Assembly: GCA_963702845.1 (NCBI GenBank)
Contig: OY969763.1
Location: 1,056,001 to 1,120,000 of the forward strand
Source: an uncultured Verrucomicrobiae bacterium
Lineage (GTDB): Bacteria; Verrucomicrobiota; Verrucomicrobiia; Limisphaerales; Palsa-1400
Direction of reading: 5' to 3'
Length of the DNA: 64,000 nucleotides
In this document: piece after piece, positions 19,289 to 29,243 of the stretch
Layout: the number at the start of each line of letters is the position of its first letter
How positions within the stretch are numbered: position 1 is the stretch's first letter
The notes under the pieces: model-generated
Databases searched by the model: none
What the model was told of the DNA's origin: nothing
What the model saw: only the letters and a program-made list of their open reading frames with translations
Program-made: the position numbers and the translations under genes

Positions 19289-21184
19289 TCAGAAGTGAAG
19301 GTTCGGCTAACCGGCAAGGTCTACCATCTCCAGATAGCCTTGGCCCGTCTCGCTGTAAGAAAAGCCGAGCGTGTAATTGAGGATGCGCTCGGCTTCTTTC
19401 CAGTCGCCGATTTGCATCATGTGCCATGCTTTATAGATGAGCGCCGTAAGTGATCATTCGGCGCGAGCTTGAGCGCTTTTTCAAAATATTTCGCCGCTTC
19501 ATCGTGCTTGTCCAACCAATCGAAACACATCCCGTACCGCATCGGTGAATAGGGATCGTAAGGGTTTGCCATCGAGGCGCGTTCATACCACTTCATCGCG
19601 TCGGGTATAGTTTCTGGTAACCGTGACTGTTCCAGCCTTGCAAGCGCAGGCATTCGCCGATCTCGTAAGCGGTTTGGTAATTATCCGGCGCAACCTCCAA
19701 CGCTCGCATCAGCGTCGTTTGTTTTTCGGTGCCGTAATTCTCGATCTGTTGCGCGCGGGTTAATAAATCGTATTCGCGTTGATCCGTGAGCGCCTGATTG
19801 CCGACGTAAATTCCGACTGCTGCAATACATAACGTCAAAGCGAGTTTGCCGGCGAGGCGTGGGTTGAGCCAGAAACCTTCCGTCGCAAACCGCCAGTGAG
19901 CCGTCAAGGAAGCCGGCCAGCACCGTTGCGATCACGGCGTTGGCCGGGATATGCAGGTTGAAGTCGGTGAACGAGTGCAAAAGGATTGCGAACAGAGCGA
20001 ACGCCGCGCCGAATACAAACGCACCTTTGTTACTGCGCATGCTGCCGAGTTCGTTTGGTTGTTTGCGAACGAACGGCCACGTGCGCCAAACTCCGCGATA
20101 GAGCAGGGCACAACAACCAAGCACAACGCCAGTCCAACTGCGCCCCAATCGCATAGTGCGTTGAGATAATCGTTGTGAGAGAATTGCGCGCGCTCCTGGA
20201 ACGACTTTGGCGCGTATTCGCGAAACTCATAATCGAAGTGCCCAGGGCCGGGGCCGAGGATTGGCGCTTTCGCGTAGATATTTTTGGCGGCGTCCCAGAT
20301 AACAACGCGCGAATCTTGAACTTCGCCTGAATCGGTGAACAGCTTGCCAAAGCGGCGTTCGACAGAGCCCATTTGTGTCAGCGCGCCGCAAATCAATGCG
20401 ATAAGGAGAATGAGACACAAGGCGGCTTTCAGCCAGAAGTCGCGTTGGAAGAGCAGAGCGACGAAGACGGCGGTCAGCATGATGCCAGTGGCCATCATGC
20501 CGCCGCGCGAGAGCGACATGCAGATCGCAGTGATCATCATCAACGCGCAATAAGCCAGCAGGACCTTCACCACAATTGGCAGGCGGCCCATGAACATGTA
20601 GGCGATGGCGAGTGGGACTATCAATTCGAGAAAGCCGGCGAGGTGGTTGGGATTGACGAATGTGCCGCTGGCGCGAGCGAGGAACTGCGGCGGTTTGTAG
20701 AGGCCCCAGATGTTGCCGTTGTGCGTCGAGAATTGGTAGATTGCTAGTGCCGACACACCGAGGGCAAGGCAGACCAGGGCCATGCTGAGGACGGTGGCGG
20801 AGTTGCGCCGGGTCAGGTTGTTGGTCGCGAGGAAAAACAGCGAAGCATAGGTCAGGATGCTCGCCATGTCGTGACGGGCGGGATAGTGCAGATTGTTGGT
20901 GAGACAACGAACGATGGCGTAGAGCACAAACGCAAGGACGGCCCAACTAACCGGTGGCCAGAGCAAGCCGGAAGCGGGGTTTGAACCAGATTCGCACCAG
21001 CCACAAAGCAAGGCCAACAATGGTCAGGCCTTGAACGATGACGAAATCCGGAGTCCGGACGCCGCCGAAAGCGAGCACTGCGTAAATCAGCGCTGCTAAA
21101 ATGACCCCGAGAATCCCGCGTTCACAAAACCGGTCAATCGCTTTCGGCGCCGCGTTCGGCGGCTGGTTGTTCCGCTGTTTCCAA
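19289..21184 (-). CDS. O-antigen ligase (Wzy_C) family protein with C-terminal TPRs, several indels; ends approximate
   Basis: 'RASGTFVNPNHLAGFLE', 'SLSRGG', 'LGPGPG', 'HNDYL', 'LHSFTDFNLHIPAN', TPR-like 'AAKYFEKALKLAPND'. Confidence 0.82.
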
Positions 21185-21221
21185 AATATCTACCGCTTGC
21201 TGACGCGCACGGCTCTGTTCG

Positions 21222-22592
21222 TTAGCTCACGTATTCGCGCGGGTCGGTAATGTGACCCGTCAACGCGCTCGCGGCGACTGTCATTGGCGAGGCGAGGAAT
21301 ACTTGCGATTCTTTGTGTCCCATGCGACCGGGGAAATTTCGGTTCGTCGCACTGATGCATTTCATCGGAGAGTTCATGCGGCCGAATGTGTCGACTGGAC
21401 CACCGAGACAGGCGGCGCAACCGGCGTTTTCGGTCATCTGCACACCGGCGTCGACGAGGATTTGCCAGACGGTCTTGTCGCCCCAACGCGCGGTTTGGAG
21501 ATCATGCACGATTTCCGGTGTCGCAGGAACGCCGAAGGTGTCGATGACAACTTTCTTGCCGTTGAGCACGCGGGCGAATTCGAGGAAGTCGCTCGTCTTG
21601 CCACCTGTGCAAGAGCCGACGTAAGCGCGGTCGAGCTTGGTAGCGGTCATCGTCTTGGCGAGCTTGCGCTGGCCGGGGTCAGGATGACAGGCAACGGTCG
21701 GTTCGAGTTGGTTGAGATCGACCACTTTTTCGTAAATGAATTTTTCGTCGCTGTCGCGTTCGACCGGGGTGTAAGTGGCTTTGGTGCCGTTGAGTTGGCA
21801 GCGAGCATCGACAAACGCTTTCGTTTGCGCGTCGAATTCGAAAATGCCGTTTTTGCCGCCGGCTTCAATGGCCATATTAGCGACGGTCATACGGTCGTCG
21901 ATGGAGAGATTGCTCGCGCCTTCGCCGTCAAACTGCATGGCACGATAGGTTGCGCCGTCAAACCCGATTTCGCCGATGCAATGGAGGATGATGTCTTTTG
22001 CCATCACGCCTTTTTGCATTTTGCCTTCGAGACGGAAATGCATTGTCTCGGGGACCTTGAGCAAGAGTTTGCCGGTGCCCATGACGAAACCAGCGTCGGT
22101 GTTGCCGATGCCGGTGGCGAATTCATTGAACGCGCCAGCCATGCAGGTGTGGGAATCGGTGCCGAAAAGGATTTCGCCGGGACGGGTGTGGCCTTTTTGG
22201 GGCAAGGCAGTGTGGCATACGCCCGCGTAACGGGAGCCGTATTGTTTCTGCAACTTGCCTTTGCTGGCGTCGAATTTCCAGGTGCCGTTCGGGTCGTCGA
22301 TGACGTCGTAGAAATAGGGCAATCCTTGTTCGCGGACGAAATCGCGGAGGATGTCGACGTTACGATTCGAGAGCGAGTCGGCGGTAAAGATATAGTGGTC
22401 AGGGATAATGACGATTTTGTTTTTGTCCCAGACTTTGGCGGTTTTGCCGAATTCACGTTTGAACACGCCGATGGTGCCGGGGCCGCAAACGTCGTGTGTC
22501 ATGAGCACGTCGGCGTTGACCCAGATATTGTCACCGGCCTGCACCCGGGTTTTTCCCGCAGCGCGAGCTAAAATCTTTTCAGTTAACGTCAT
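21222..22592 (-). CDS. leuC: 3-isopropylmalate dehydratase large subunit (aconitase family)
   Basis: 'MTLTEKIL', 'GTDSHTC', 'VGSCTGG', 'CAACLGG', 'SATNRNFPGRMG'; promoter TTGAAG-16-TACGCT at 22633-22606. Confidence 0.88.
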   Translation of the reverse strand: MTLTEKILARAAGKTRVQAGDNIWVNADVLMTHDVCGPGTIGVFKREFGKTAKVWDKNKIVIIPDHYIFTADSLSNRNVDILRDFVREQGLPYFYDVIDDPNGTWKFDASKGKLQKQYGSRYAGVCHTALPQKGHTRPGEILFGTDSHTCMAGAFNEFATGIGNTDAGFVMGTGKLLLKVPETMHFRLEGKMQKGVMAKDIILHCIGEIGFDGATYRAMQFDGEGASNLSIDDRMTVANMAIEAGGKNGIFEFDAQTKAFVDARCQLNGTKATYTPVERDSDEKFIYEKVVDLNQLEPTVACHPDPGQRKLAKTMTATKLDRAYVGSCTGGKTSDFLEFARVLNGKKVVIDTFGVPATPEIVHDLQTARWGDKTVWQILVDAGVQMTENAGCAACLGGPVDTFGRMNSPMKCISATNRNFPGRMGHKESQVFLASPMTVAASALTGHITDPREYVS

Positions 22593-22660
22593 AATCGAAG
22601 TCCTTAGCGTAACGTAGGATGGGGAAACTTCAAACTGCAAATGCCAGGGCAGAGATCGAG

Positions 22661-22875
22661 CCTTTGCACAAATTTTTTTTCGGTCGGTTAATGGGCGGTA
22701 GTGGACGTAATTGGTTGGATGTGGGCGCAATTGGGCGAAAGTGGGCAGCCCCTGGGCGGCGCGGTGGACGGTAATGGGCAGGGTGGATGTGGATATTTTA
22801 ATTTTACTGCGGATAACCGCGGATTGAGCAGCGAATTTTAGTTTGGTGATATTTACTGATACTTGGTGATATCTG
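22661..22875. repeat. Blocks of 10-bp phased imperfect repeats (DTGGGCGNAA; TTGGTGATA) next to an A/T tract
   Basis: atgggcggta/gtggacgtaa/ttggttggat/gtgggcgcaa/ttgggcgaaa/gtgggcagcc at 22691-22750; ttggtgata-type repeats at 22843-22871. Confidence 0.7.
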
Positions 22876-22973
22876 CCTCCGCCAAGCTTGCCCATGATCG
22901 CTGGGCACACCGCTGGCGTCAGATTCATTCCTGGGTCCCGGTTGGCATCGCAATCTGTTTCTTTCACGTCGGG

Positions 22974-23001
22974 ATTGTGACGGAAGTAGCTAATCTGTCA
23001 A
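22974..23001 (-). promoter_or_regulatory. Sigma-70-type promoter TTGACA-16-CACAAT
   Basis: Near-consensus hexamers; GTG 6 nt after the -10 (22967). Confidence 0.6.
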
Positions 23002-23008
23002 AAAATGT

Positions 23009-23044
23009 AGGGAAAGGAGGGAAGTCAGGGAAAGGAGGGAAAGA
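23009..23044 (+). repeat. 4 x 9-bp purine-rich repeat AGGGAAAGG
   Basis: agggaaagg agggaagtc agggaaagg agggaaaga. Confidence 0.75.
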
Positions 23045-23384
23045 AACGACACATTGTTGTGACAAAAAGTTTCCATGTGATGTGGTTGGCACGGAAGTTG
23101 AGTTGCGTGCAAATATGACAATACCACGAACCGACCCGTTCTTTGGGCTACAATTATGTCACGCCTAACGGGGTTTCTAAGTGATGTGGTCGGTCCAACA
23201 TATTTATACTTATTGGACACGACGTTGTCTTTAGAAGCTGTCAAAGGCTGTGATGCAGAAACGGGAGTATAAATGTGGGGGGACCGCCCTTTATGCGGAC
23301 ACAAGGATCCTCATGTCGTTGTGGCAAGAGTTAGAACTGACACGCGCTCGATTTTGATGAGCAGCGTAAACAAACGAATCGCTA

Positions 23385-24047
23385 CTACGAGCGTTTCGGC
23401 CAGAGCCATTGGCAAAAACCCAAATGTCTGTCCGTGTCGCCTTTCAGACCATGACTGTAGCGGATGACGGTATCGAGTCCGAGCAGAGCCAACAGCGCCA
23501 AATCATAGAGGATAAAGGCTCTTCCAAAGGTTTGGGTCAGTAATCCACCGCCGAATCGGCCGACGAAAACTCCTTGCAACGAAAGAGAGCAGAATGTGAG
23601 GAAGACCGAAGCGCTGGTGATCGACTGAGGATCGAATCCGCATCGCGACAATGTTCCATTTTTGAAATCAGACCAGGCAAGGCCTAGAAATGGGTACAAC
23701 GGAACGAGCACATTGTAGAAACGATCGTGCCCACGAACGGACCCGGCCAGGCGATTGCGTGCGATCACGTAATCTTCGTCGTAACGAATGCTTTGGGGGG
23801 ATTCGGCACCGTGCAGGTCTTCGGGCCATGGCACAAGTTCATAGATGACGCCGCGTGGCGGTTGACCCGTTCGTTTCGATCGCAGATAATATTTCTGGTC
23901 GCGAAACCAAATCGGGACTTTGCAGAACTCGCGAATCCGCCAGTCCATCGCTTCGGTTGCGTGAATAACAACGAGGTCGCCTTCAAAAACAACTTTGTCA
24001 GTAGCGATGAAGAGTTCTGTGTCGCGATGCATGTCTTGCGTTTGCAT
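23385..24047 (-). CDS. Hypothetical membrane protein
   Basis: 220-aa ORF, soluble N-half and about 3 hydrophobic segments in the C-half. Confidence 0.65.
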   Translation of the reverse strand: MQTQDMHRDTELFIATDKVVFEGDLVVIHATEAMDWRIREFCKVPIWFRDQKYYLRSKRTGQPPRGVIYELVPWPEDLHGAESPQSIRYDEDYVIARNRLAGSVRGHDRFYNVLVPLYPFLGLAWSDFKNGTLSRCGFDPQSITSASVFLTFCSLSLQGVFVGRFGGGLLTQTFGRAFILYDLALLALLGLDTVIRYSHGLKGDTDRHLGFCQWLWPKRS

Positions 24048-24328
24048 AGGGTGAATGATTGATGATCGTTTTTTCTGCTCACTTAAGCAGGGCGAATCGG
24101 GACTGTCCTTCCGACGCGTTTTTTATGCCGCCATCGAAATCCAGGGCAGTGAGATGCCACAATTCGCTTTGTTGAGTCATGTTTCCTTTCCTTCTGCGTT
24201 TGTCAGGGACAAGTCGACACTCCCGCCCGAGGCGTAATTCCCACTAAAAATTTAGTGTCAACAGAACGTGTAAAAGCAGGTCCAATGCCAATTGCGGGCG
24301 GCTTTACTGCAAAAAGTAAATCGGACGG

Positions 24329-24463
24329 ATGGCGATGGCTGACGGCATTCTTGTCACCCGCGTCAAACACAGCCGTGGCAGAAACGTCATTGCCACCGTT
24401 TTGTGCGGCGGAAAGATTAAGGGCCGGACCAAAGACCTTCTCTGATTGACTCGTGGCACCTGA
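24329..24463 (+). pseudogene. Remnant of AbrB/MazE-type antitoxin (C-terminal half, in-frame TGA at 24443)
   Basis: Reads DGILVTRVKHSRGRNVIATVLCGGKIKGRTKDLL*LTRGT, like AbrB-type VapB tails ending in 'LTRG'; overlaps the PIN gene start. Confidence 0.55.
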
Positions 24464-24570
24464 TGTTCTGGTTGATACCAGCGTTATTGCGGACGTTCTG
24501 ACCAAAGATCCAGATTGGTTTGATTGGTCATCTGCAGAATTAGAAAGCTGGGCTGATCCTGGCCCCAAGT
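24453..24570 (+). pseudogene. Truncated VapC/PIN-domain toxin
   Basis: 'VLVDTSVIADVLTKDPDWFDWSSAEL' PIN N-terminus, similarity ends after about 37 aa. Confidence 0.7.
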
Positions 24571-24600
24571 TTTCGTCTATCGGCGTTTTCCAACTTCAGA

Positions 24601-24745
24601 TTGACGCCACACAGGCATTTGCTACGCTTTTCCCGTGAATATTTAGTGCTCGATTTTACTTTACCAGCCTGTCGGCTCCGCGCCCGAAGCTGCTTTAGAG
24701 ATTCGATTTCCTAAACAGCCCCGACGCGGATGTCGGGGCTTTTTT
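24601..24745 (+). promoter_or_regulatory. Promoter plus transcription attenuator (Phe-Tyr-Phe leader, antiterminator, terminator) for DAHP synthase
   Basis: TTGACG-16-TACGCT; TTT TAC TTT at 24654-24662; 24677-24698 complementary to 24711-24730; terminator at 24717-24745. Confidence 0.75.
24717..24745 (+). terminator. Intrinsic terminator of the attenuator
   Basis: AGCCCCGAC-gcggat-GTCGGGGCT followed by TTTTT, 33 nt before the start codon. Confidence 0.85.
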
Positions 24746-24778
24746 ATTATTCCCGAAACAAATTAACTATCGCGAATT

Positions 24779-25794
24779 ATGATTATTGTCCTGAAGCCGA
24801 ATATCTCGAAAAAAGACGAGAACGAAGTCCTTAAGGAGATCAAAAAGCTCGGCTACCGCCCGCACGTCATGCGCGGCGTCGAACGCACGGTCGTCGGCGC
24901 GATCGGCGACGAACGCACGCACACATCCCTCGAAGTCCTCGGCTCGTGGCCGCAGGTCGAGAGCGTCATGCCCGTGCAGAAGAAATACAAACTCGTCAGC
25001 CGCGAAGCTCACAAAATCACTTCCACCATCAAAGTTGGTAAACAGATCATCGGCGGCAAAAAACTTCAGATCATGGCCGGGCCGTGCTCTGTTGAAGATG
25101 AAGTTCAATTGATGACCACCGCTCATTCCGTGGCGAAAGCCGGCGCGACGATCCTGCGCGGCGGCGCTTTCAAGCCGCGCACTTCGCCCTACGAATTCCA
25201 GGGCCTCGGCGAAAAGGGGCTGAAACTTTTGGCCAAAGCCCGTCGTGAAACTGGGCTGTACGTGATTACCGAATTGCTTTCGGAAGCCCACGCCGAACTC
25301 GTCGCCGAATATAGCGATATTCTCCAAATCGGCGCGCGCAACGCCCAGAACTTTCCAATTGCTCATCGCTGCGGCAAAAACCGGCAAACCCGTCCTGCTC
25401 AAGCGCGGCCTTTCGATGCGCATCGAAGAATGGCTGCTCGCCGGCGAATACGTTTTGTCGAACAACAACCCGAACTTGATGTTCTGCGAACGCGGCATCC
25501 GCACCTTCGAGACCTACACCCGCAACACGCTGGATCTTTCGACCATCCCGATCATCAAGAAAGAATCGCACTGCCCGATCGTCATCGATCCGAGCCAGGG
25601 CGCAGGCCGTGCCGACCTCGTTGTCGCGATGTGCAAAGGCGCGGCTGGCGATGGGAGCCGATGCGTTGCTCATCGAAGTGCATCCGAATCCGGCGGAAGC
25701 CTGGAGCGACGGCGCGCAGCAATTGTCGTTGGATGGCTTCGCGAAATTGATGGAAGAACTGAAGCCGTTCATCGCGGCGGCGGGACGCGAGTAA
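24779..25794 (+). CDS. aroF: 3-deoxy-7-phosphoheptulonate (DAHP) synthase, type I-beta with N-terminal regulatory domain; indels at ~25355 and ~25640
   Basis: 'IMAGPCSVE', '[18 protein letters not shown]', 'QIGARN', 'KPVLLKRG', 'CERGIRTFE', '[11 protein letters not shown]'. Confidence 0.93.
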
Positions 25795-25829
25795 GGCTAA
25801 AACAGCGTCACTCCATGACGCTTCGTCAG

Positions 25830-27561
25830 TTATGATGCGGGTTGCCAATCTGCAATCTTCATTTGAACCGAGCGGCGTCCGTTGAACTCATTGATTTGCG
25901 GGGTAAAGGCGAGGTCGAAACGGATTTTGGCAGAGTTCGGCATCGCCGCAGTTGAACCACACAGCCTCGACCATTTTAGTTCCATCGGTCACACGAAATT
26001 TCACGTGCTGGTTCTCTTTGCCCATGCGTTGAGGTGGTTGTTGATGGGACGAGTCCACGAATGCAAAACGGAATCGCTGGATTCGCATGCCCGCTAGGTT
26101 GAAGTCGTTCCAATGCGGTGATGTTCTCGATGGTCATATCGCTCAGAGCGACTTCCCCATCGATTCGGAGATTCGGCTGCAAGATGTTCTGGTTTGAGCT
26201 GCGCGCGTGCGATTTCGTTTAGTCGCGCGCGGAGCAGATCAATTTTCGTGGCCTCGACGGTGATGCCAGCCGCCATAGCATGTCCGCCATGGCGCACAAG
26301 CAAGTCATTGCATTCACGCAAGCCAGCGGCGAGGTCAAAGCCTTCGATGCTGCGGCCGGACCCGCGGAACTGCCCCGAGTCGCCGCCAAGAATCAGCGTT
26401 GGGCGATGAAAAGTTTGCACCACGCGCGATGCGACGATGCCGACGACGCCGATGTGCCACGATTCGCGGGCTTCAACGATGACGTAATCAGTCTCAGGAT
26501 TGAACTGCGCTTTGGTGGCGCGCGATGGCTTCGATGGCGATGGCTCGTTCCAGGTTCTGGCGCTCGCGATTGTGCGAGTCGAGCGCGCTCGCGATTGGCG
26601 CAGCAGTGCCGACTGTCGTTTGAGAGCAGTAACTTTAAGCGCATCTTCCGCCGTCTCCAAACGGCCGGCGGCGTTGAGTCGCGGCGCGAGTTGAAAGCCG
26701 ACTTCGTACGCGCCGATGGTTTCCGGACAACGCGCAAAATGTTTTTAGCGCGATCAGTCCAGAGCGTTGCGTGTCGGTGAGATGCTTCAGGCCGGCGCTG
26801 GCGAAAATTCGATTTTCGCCAGTGAGCGGAACGAGGTCAGCAATCGTGCCGAGCGCGACGAGATCTAAGAAGTTTTTTAGATCAAAGTTGGCTGGCGATG
26901 GCGACATTGTCTTCGCGCAACGTTTCTGACCAGCGCATGCGCGAGTTTGAAGGCGAGCCCAACCGAACAGAGTTCGCGGAAACACGGTTCGGTTGCCGAG
27001 GCGAGTTGCGGGTTCACCAAGGCTTGCGCATTCGGATGCGGATTCGAAACCTGATGGTGATCGAGCACGAGAACATCAATGCCTTTATCGCCGAGCGTTT
27101 GAATGACGGTGTTCGAGGTAGAGCCGCAGTCAACCGCGAGCAGCAGTTTGACCGGGAATTTTTGCAGACAGTTCTCGACGGCTTCTGCGCTCAGTCCATA
27201 ACCTTCGTCGAAATCGGTTGGGAAGGTAGTAGTGAACTTTCCATCCCAGTGCGGTGAGCACTTCAACGAGCAACGCGGTCGACGTGACGCCATCAACATC
27301 GTAATCACCAAAGATGACGAGTGGTTCGTTGTTGTGGGCGAGCAGCGAAGAGGCGGTCAACCGCCATGCGCATATTCGGCAACAGAAATGGATCAGCAAG
27401 ATTTTTGAGTCGCGGTTCGAGAAAGATCGAGGCTGCGAACAACGGTTTGCAAAACCACGATTGACCAAACAGCGAGCGAGCAGGGGAGAGATCTTTAGTG
27501 CGTCAGTGAGTTGGCAACGAGCTGCGTCGTCCGCGGTTTGGATGCTCCACCGATACTTCAT
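25830..27561 (-). CDS. recJ: Single-stranded-DNA exonuclease RecJ, multiple indels
   Basis: 'FGDYDVDGVTS', 'VDCG', 'LDHH', 'LVALGTIADLVPL.GENR', 'GSGRS', 'GGHAMAAG', 'PQINEFNGR'. Confidence 0.93.
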
Positions 27562-28211
27562 TTCGCGAGCGAATGTACCAGTTTAAGAGCGTTGCGGAGA
27601 TGATGTGAAGAAAAAACAAAATAGGCCGTGGTGCACGCGGAGCGGCGTAACCAAGCCAGATCATCACGCCATCTTCTTCCATCATCGCGACAGACAACAA
27701 AACAATCGAGTAGCCCGGGAACATATTGGTGAACGGAACAGGAACCGGCGGAATCGGGAGTGCCAGCAGGAAAGCCATCCACGCGATGATCAGCGCGTTG
27801 ATCTTGCTGGGCGCGCGCCACGACATCCAGGGTGTGCGGCGAGGTTTGACCAGTTTTTCGATAAACCGCAATAGACGAACACTGGCGCGAAGCACTTTGT
27901 TCATCGCAGCTTTTGGCAAGGCGTAATCGCCGACAAATCTGGCAATCGCATCTGTCGTTCAAATGCCAGGCAACAAGGCCAGGAACATCAGGACCAAACC
28001 AAGCGCCACACTTACTCCCGGCAGGTAAACGAGGGCAGCGCGAGCAGGACAAAACGAGGAAAAGGCCGCGGCCTTCGGTTTGTTCGAGAAGGAAATTGAG
28101 CGTCAGTTTATCACGTGCCGATTCGTGCTGGAGGATGCCTTGCAGTCTGTCTGAAAGAGGTTGGTGCTGCTGCGTGTTCACGGTTACTGTTGTTGTGGCT
28201 TCTGTCGCCAT
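27558..28211 (-). CDS. exoD: Exopolysaccharide biosynthesis protein ExoD family, indels
   Basis: 'LLEQTEGRG', 'EKLVKPR', 'LALPIPP.P.PFTNMFP', 'MMEEDG'; ATGA overlap with recJ. Confidence 0.75.
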   Translation of the reverse strand: MATEATTTVTVNTQQHQPLSDRLQGILQHESARDKLTLNFLLEQTEGRGLFLVLSCSRCPRLPAGSKCGAWFGPDVPGLVAWHLNDRCDCQICRRLRLAKSCDEQSASRQCSSIAVYRKTGQTSPHTLDVVARAQQDQRADHRVDGFPAGTPDSAGSCSVHQYVPGLLDCFVVCRDDGRRWRDDLAWLRRSACTTAYFVFSSHHLRNALKLVHSLAK

Positions 28212-29128
28212 ACAGAGATCAGTGAAACCAAAATAGACAGCGCGATGATCCCAGCCACGACGATGAGCGAAACATTAATAGGAATGTGATGCCATTTCGC
28301 AATCAGCATTTTCCCGCCGATGAACACCAGCACGATCGACAGCCCGAATTTTAGATAACGGAAATACGAAATGGCGCCTGCCAAAACGAAATAGAGCGAA
28401 CGTAAACCGAGGATGGCAAATACATTTGAGGTGAACACAATGAATGTCTTTTCCGTGACCGCGAAAATCGCGGGAATAGAATCAAGAGCGAAGATGAGGT
28501 CGGTTGTTTCGACCATTAACAGTACAAGCGCGAGCGGAGTGAGGGCACGGCCCCATTGATCCGGGTAATGAATTTTTGACCGTCGAAATTCGTGAGAGAC
28601 GGGAAAAACTTTTTGGCGAGGCGAATGACCACGTTTTTTTCCGGATCAACGCCTTGCTCGTTCGGCATGGCCATGCGAATGCCCGTAAACACAAGAAACC
28701 CTCCAAAAATATATAAAACCCAATGAAACGTGGAAATCAGCGCGCCGCCGATGCCGATCATAATGCCGCGCATGACCAGTGCGCCGACAATTCCCCAGAA
28801 CAAGACGCGATGTTGCTGTGAGGCGGAACGGCGAAGTAATCCGAAGATCAACGCCATGACGAACACATTGTCCATCGAGAGCGAGAGTTCGATGAGATAG
28901 CCGGTGAGAAACTCGATCGATTCGTCATCGCCGCGCCACGACAAGAGTCCGCGCGCAAAGAGCAGGGCGAGCAGGAACCAGATAGATGCTCCAGAGCAGC
29001 GCTTCTTTGAAACGGACGACGTGTGCCGACCGATGAAATACGCCAAGGTCGAGCGCGAGGAAGAACAGGATTGCGACAATGAAACCGGCCCAGTGCCAGG
29101 GTGTAATTTGGGTTAGGGCCAACATCAT
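28184..29128 (-). CDS. TerC/Alx family membrane protein, indels
   Basis: '[18 protein letters not shown]', '[17 protein letters not shown]', '[15 protein letters not shown]', '[15 protein letters not shown]'. Confidence 0.9.
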
Positions 29129-29243
29129 TTGCTTTTAGATGAAGTCTAAGCTATCCGCGTTCAATCAGCAATTCTGTTGATCTAAAAATAGAGCAAACGG
29201 TGGACAAGCTTATTGCTGCCACCGTCTGGAATTAACGAGATTA

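Noticed and set aside
21252..22571. 439-aa antisense ORF over leuC and similar long shadow ORFs (13861-14718, 39544-40539, 8761-9450)
   Set aside because: Antisense shadows of well-supported genes, expected from codon bias
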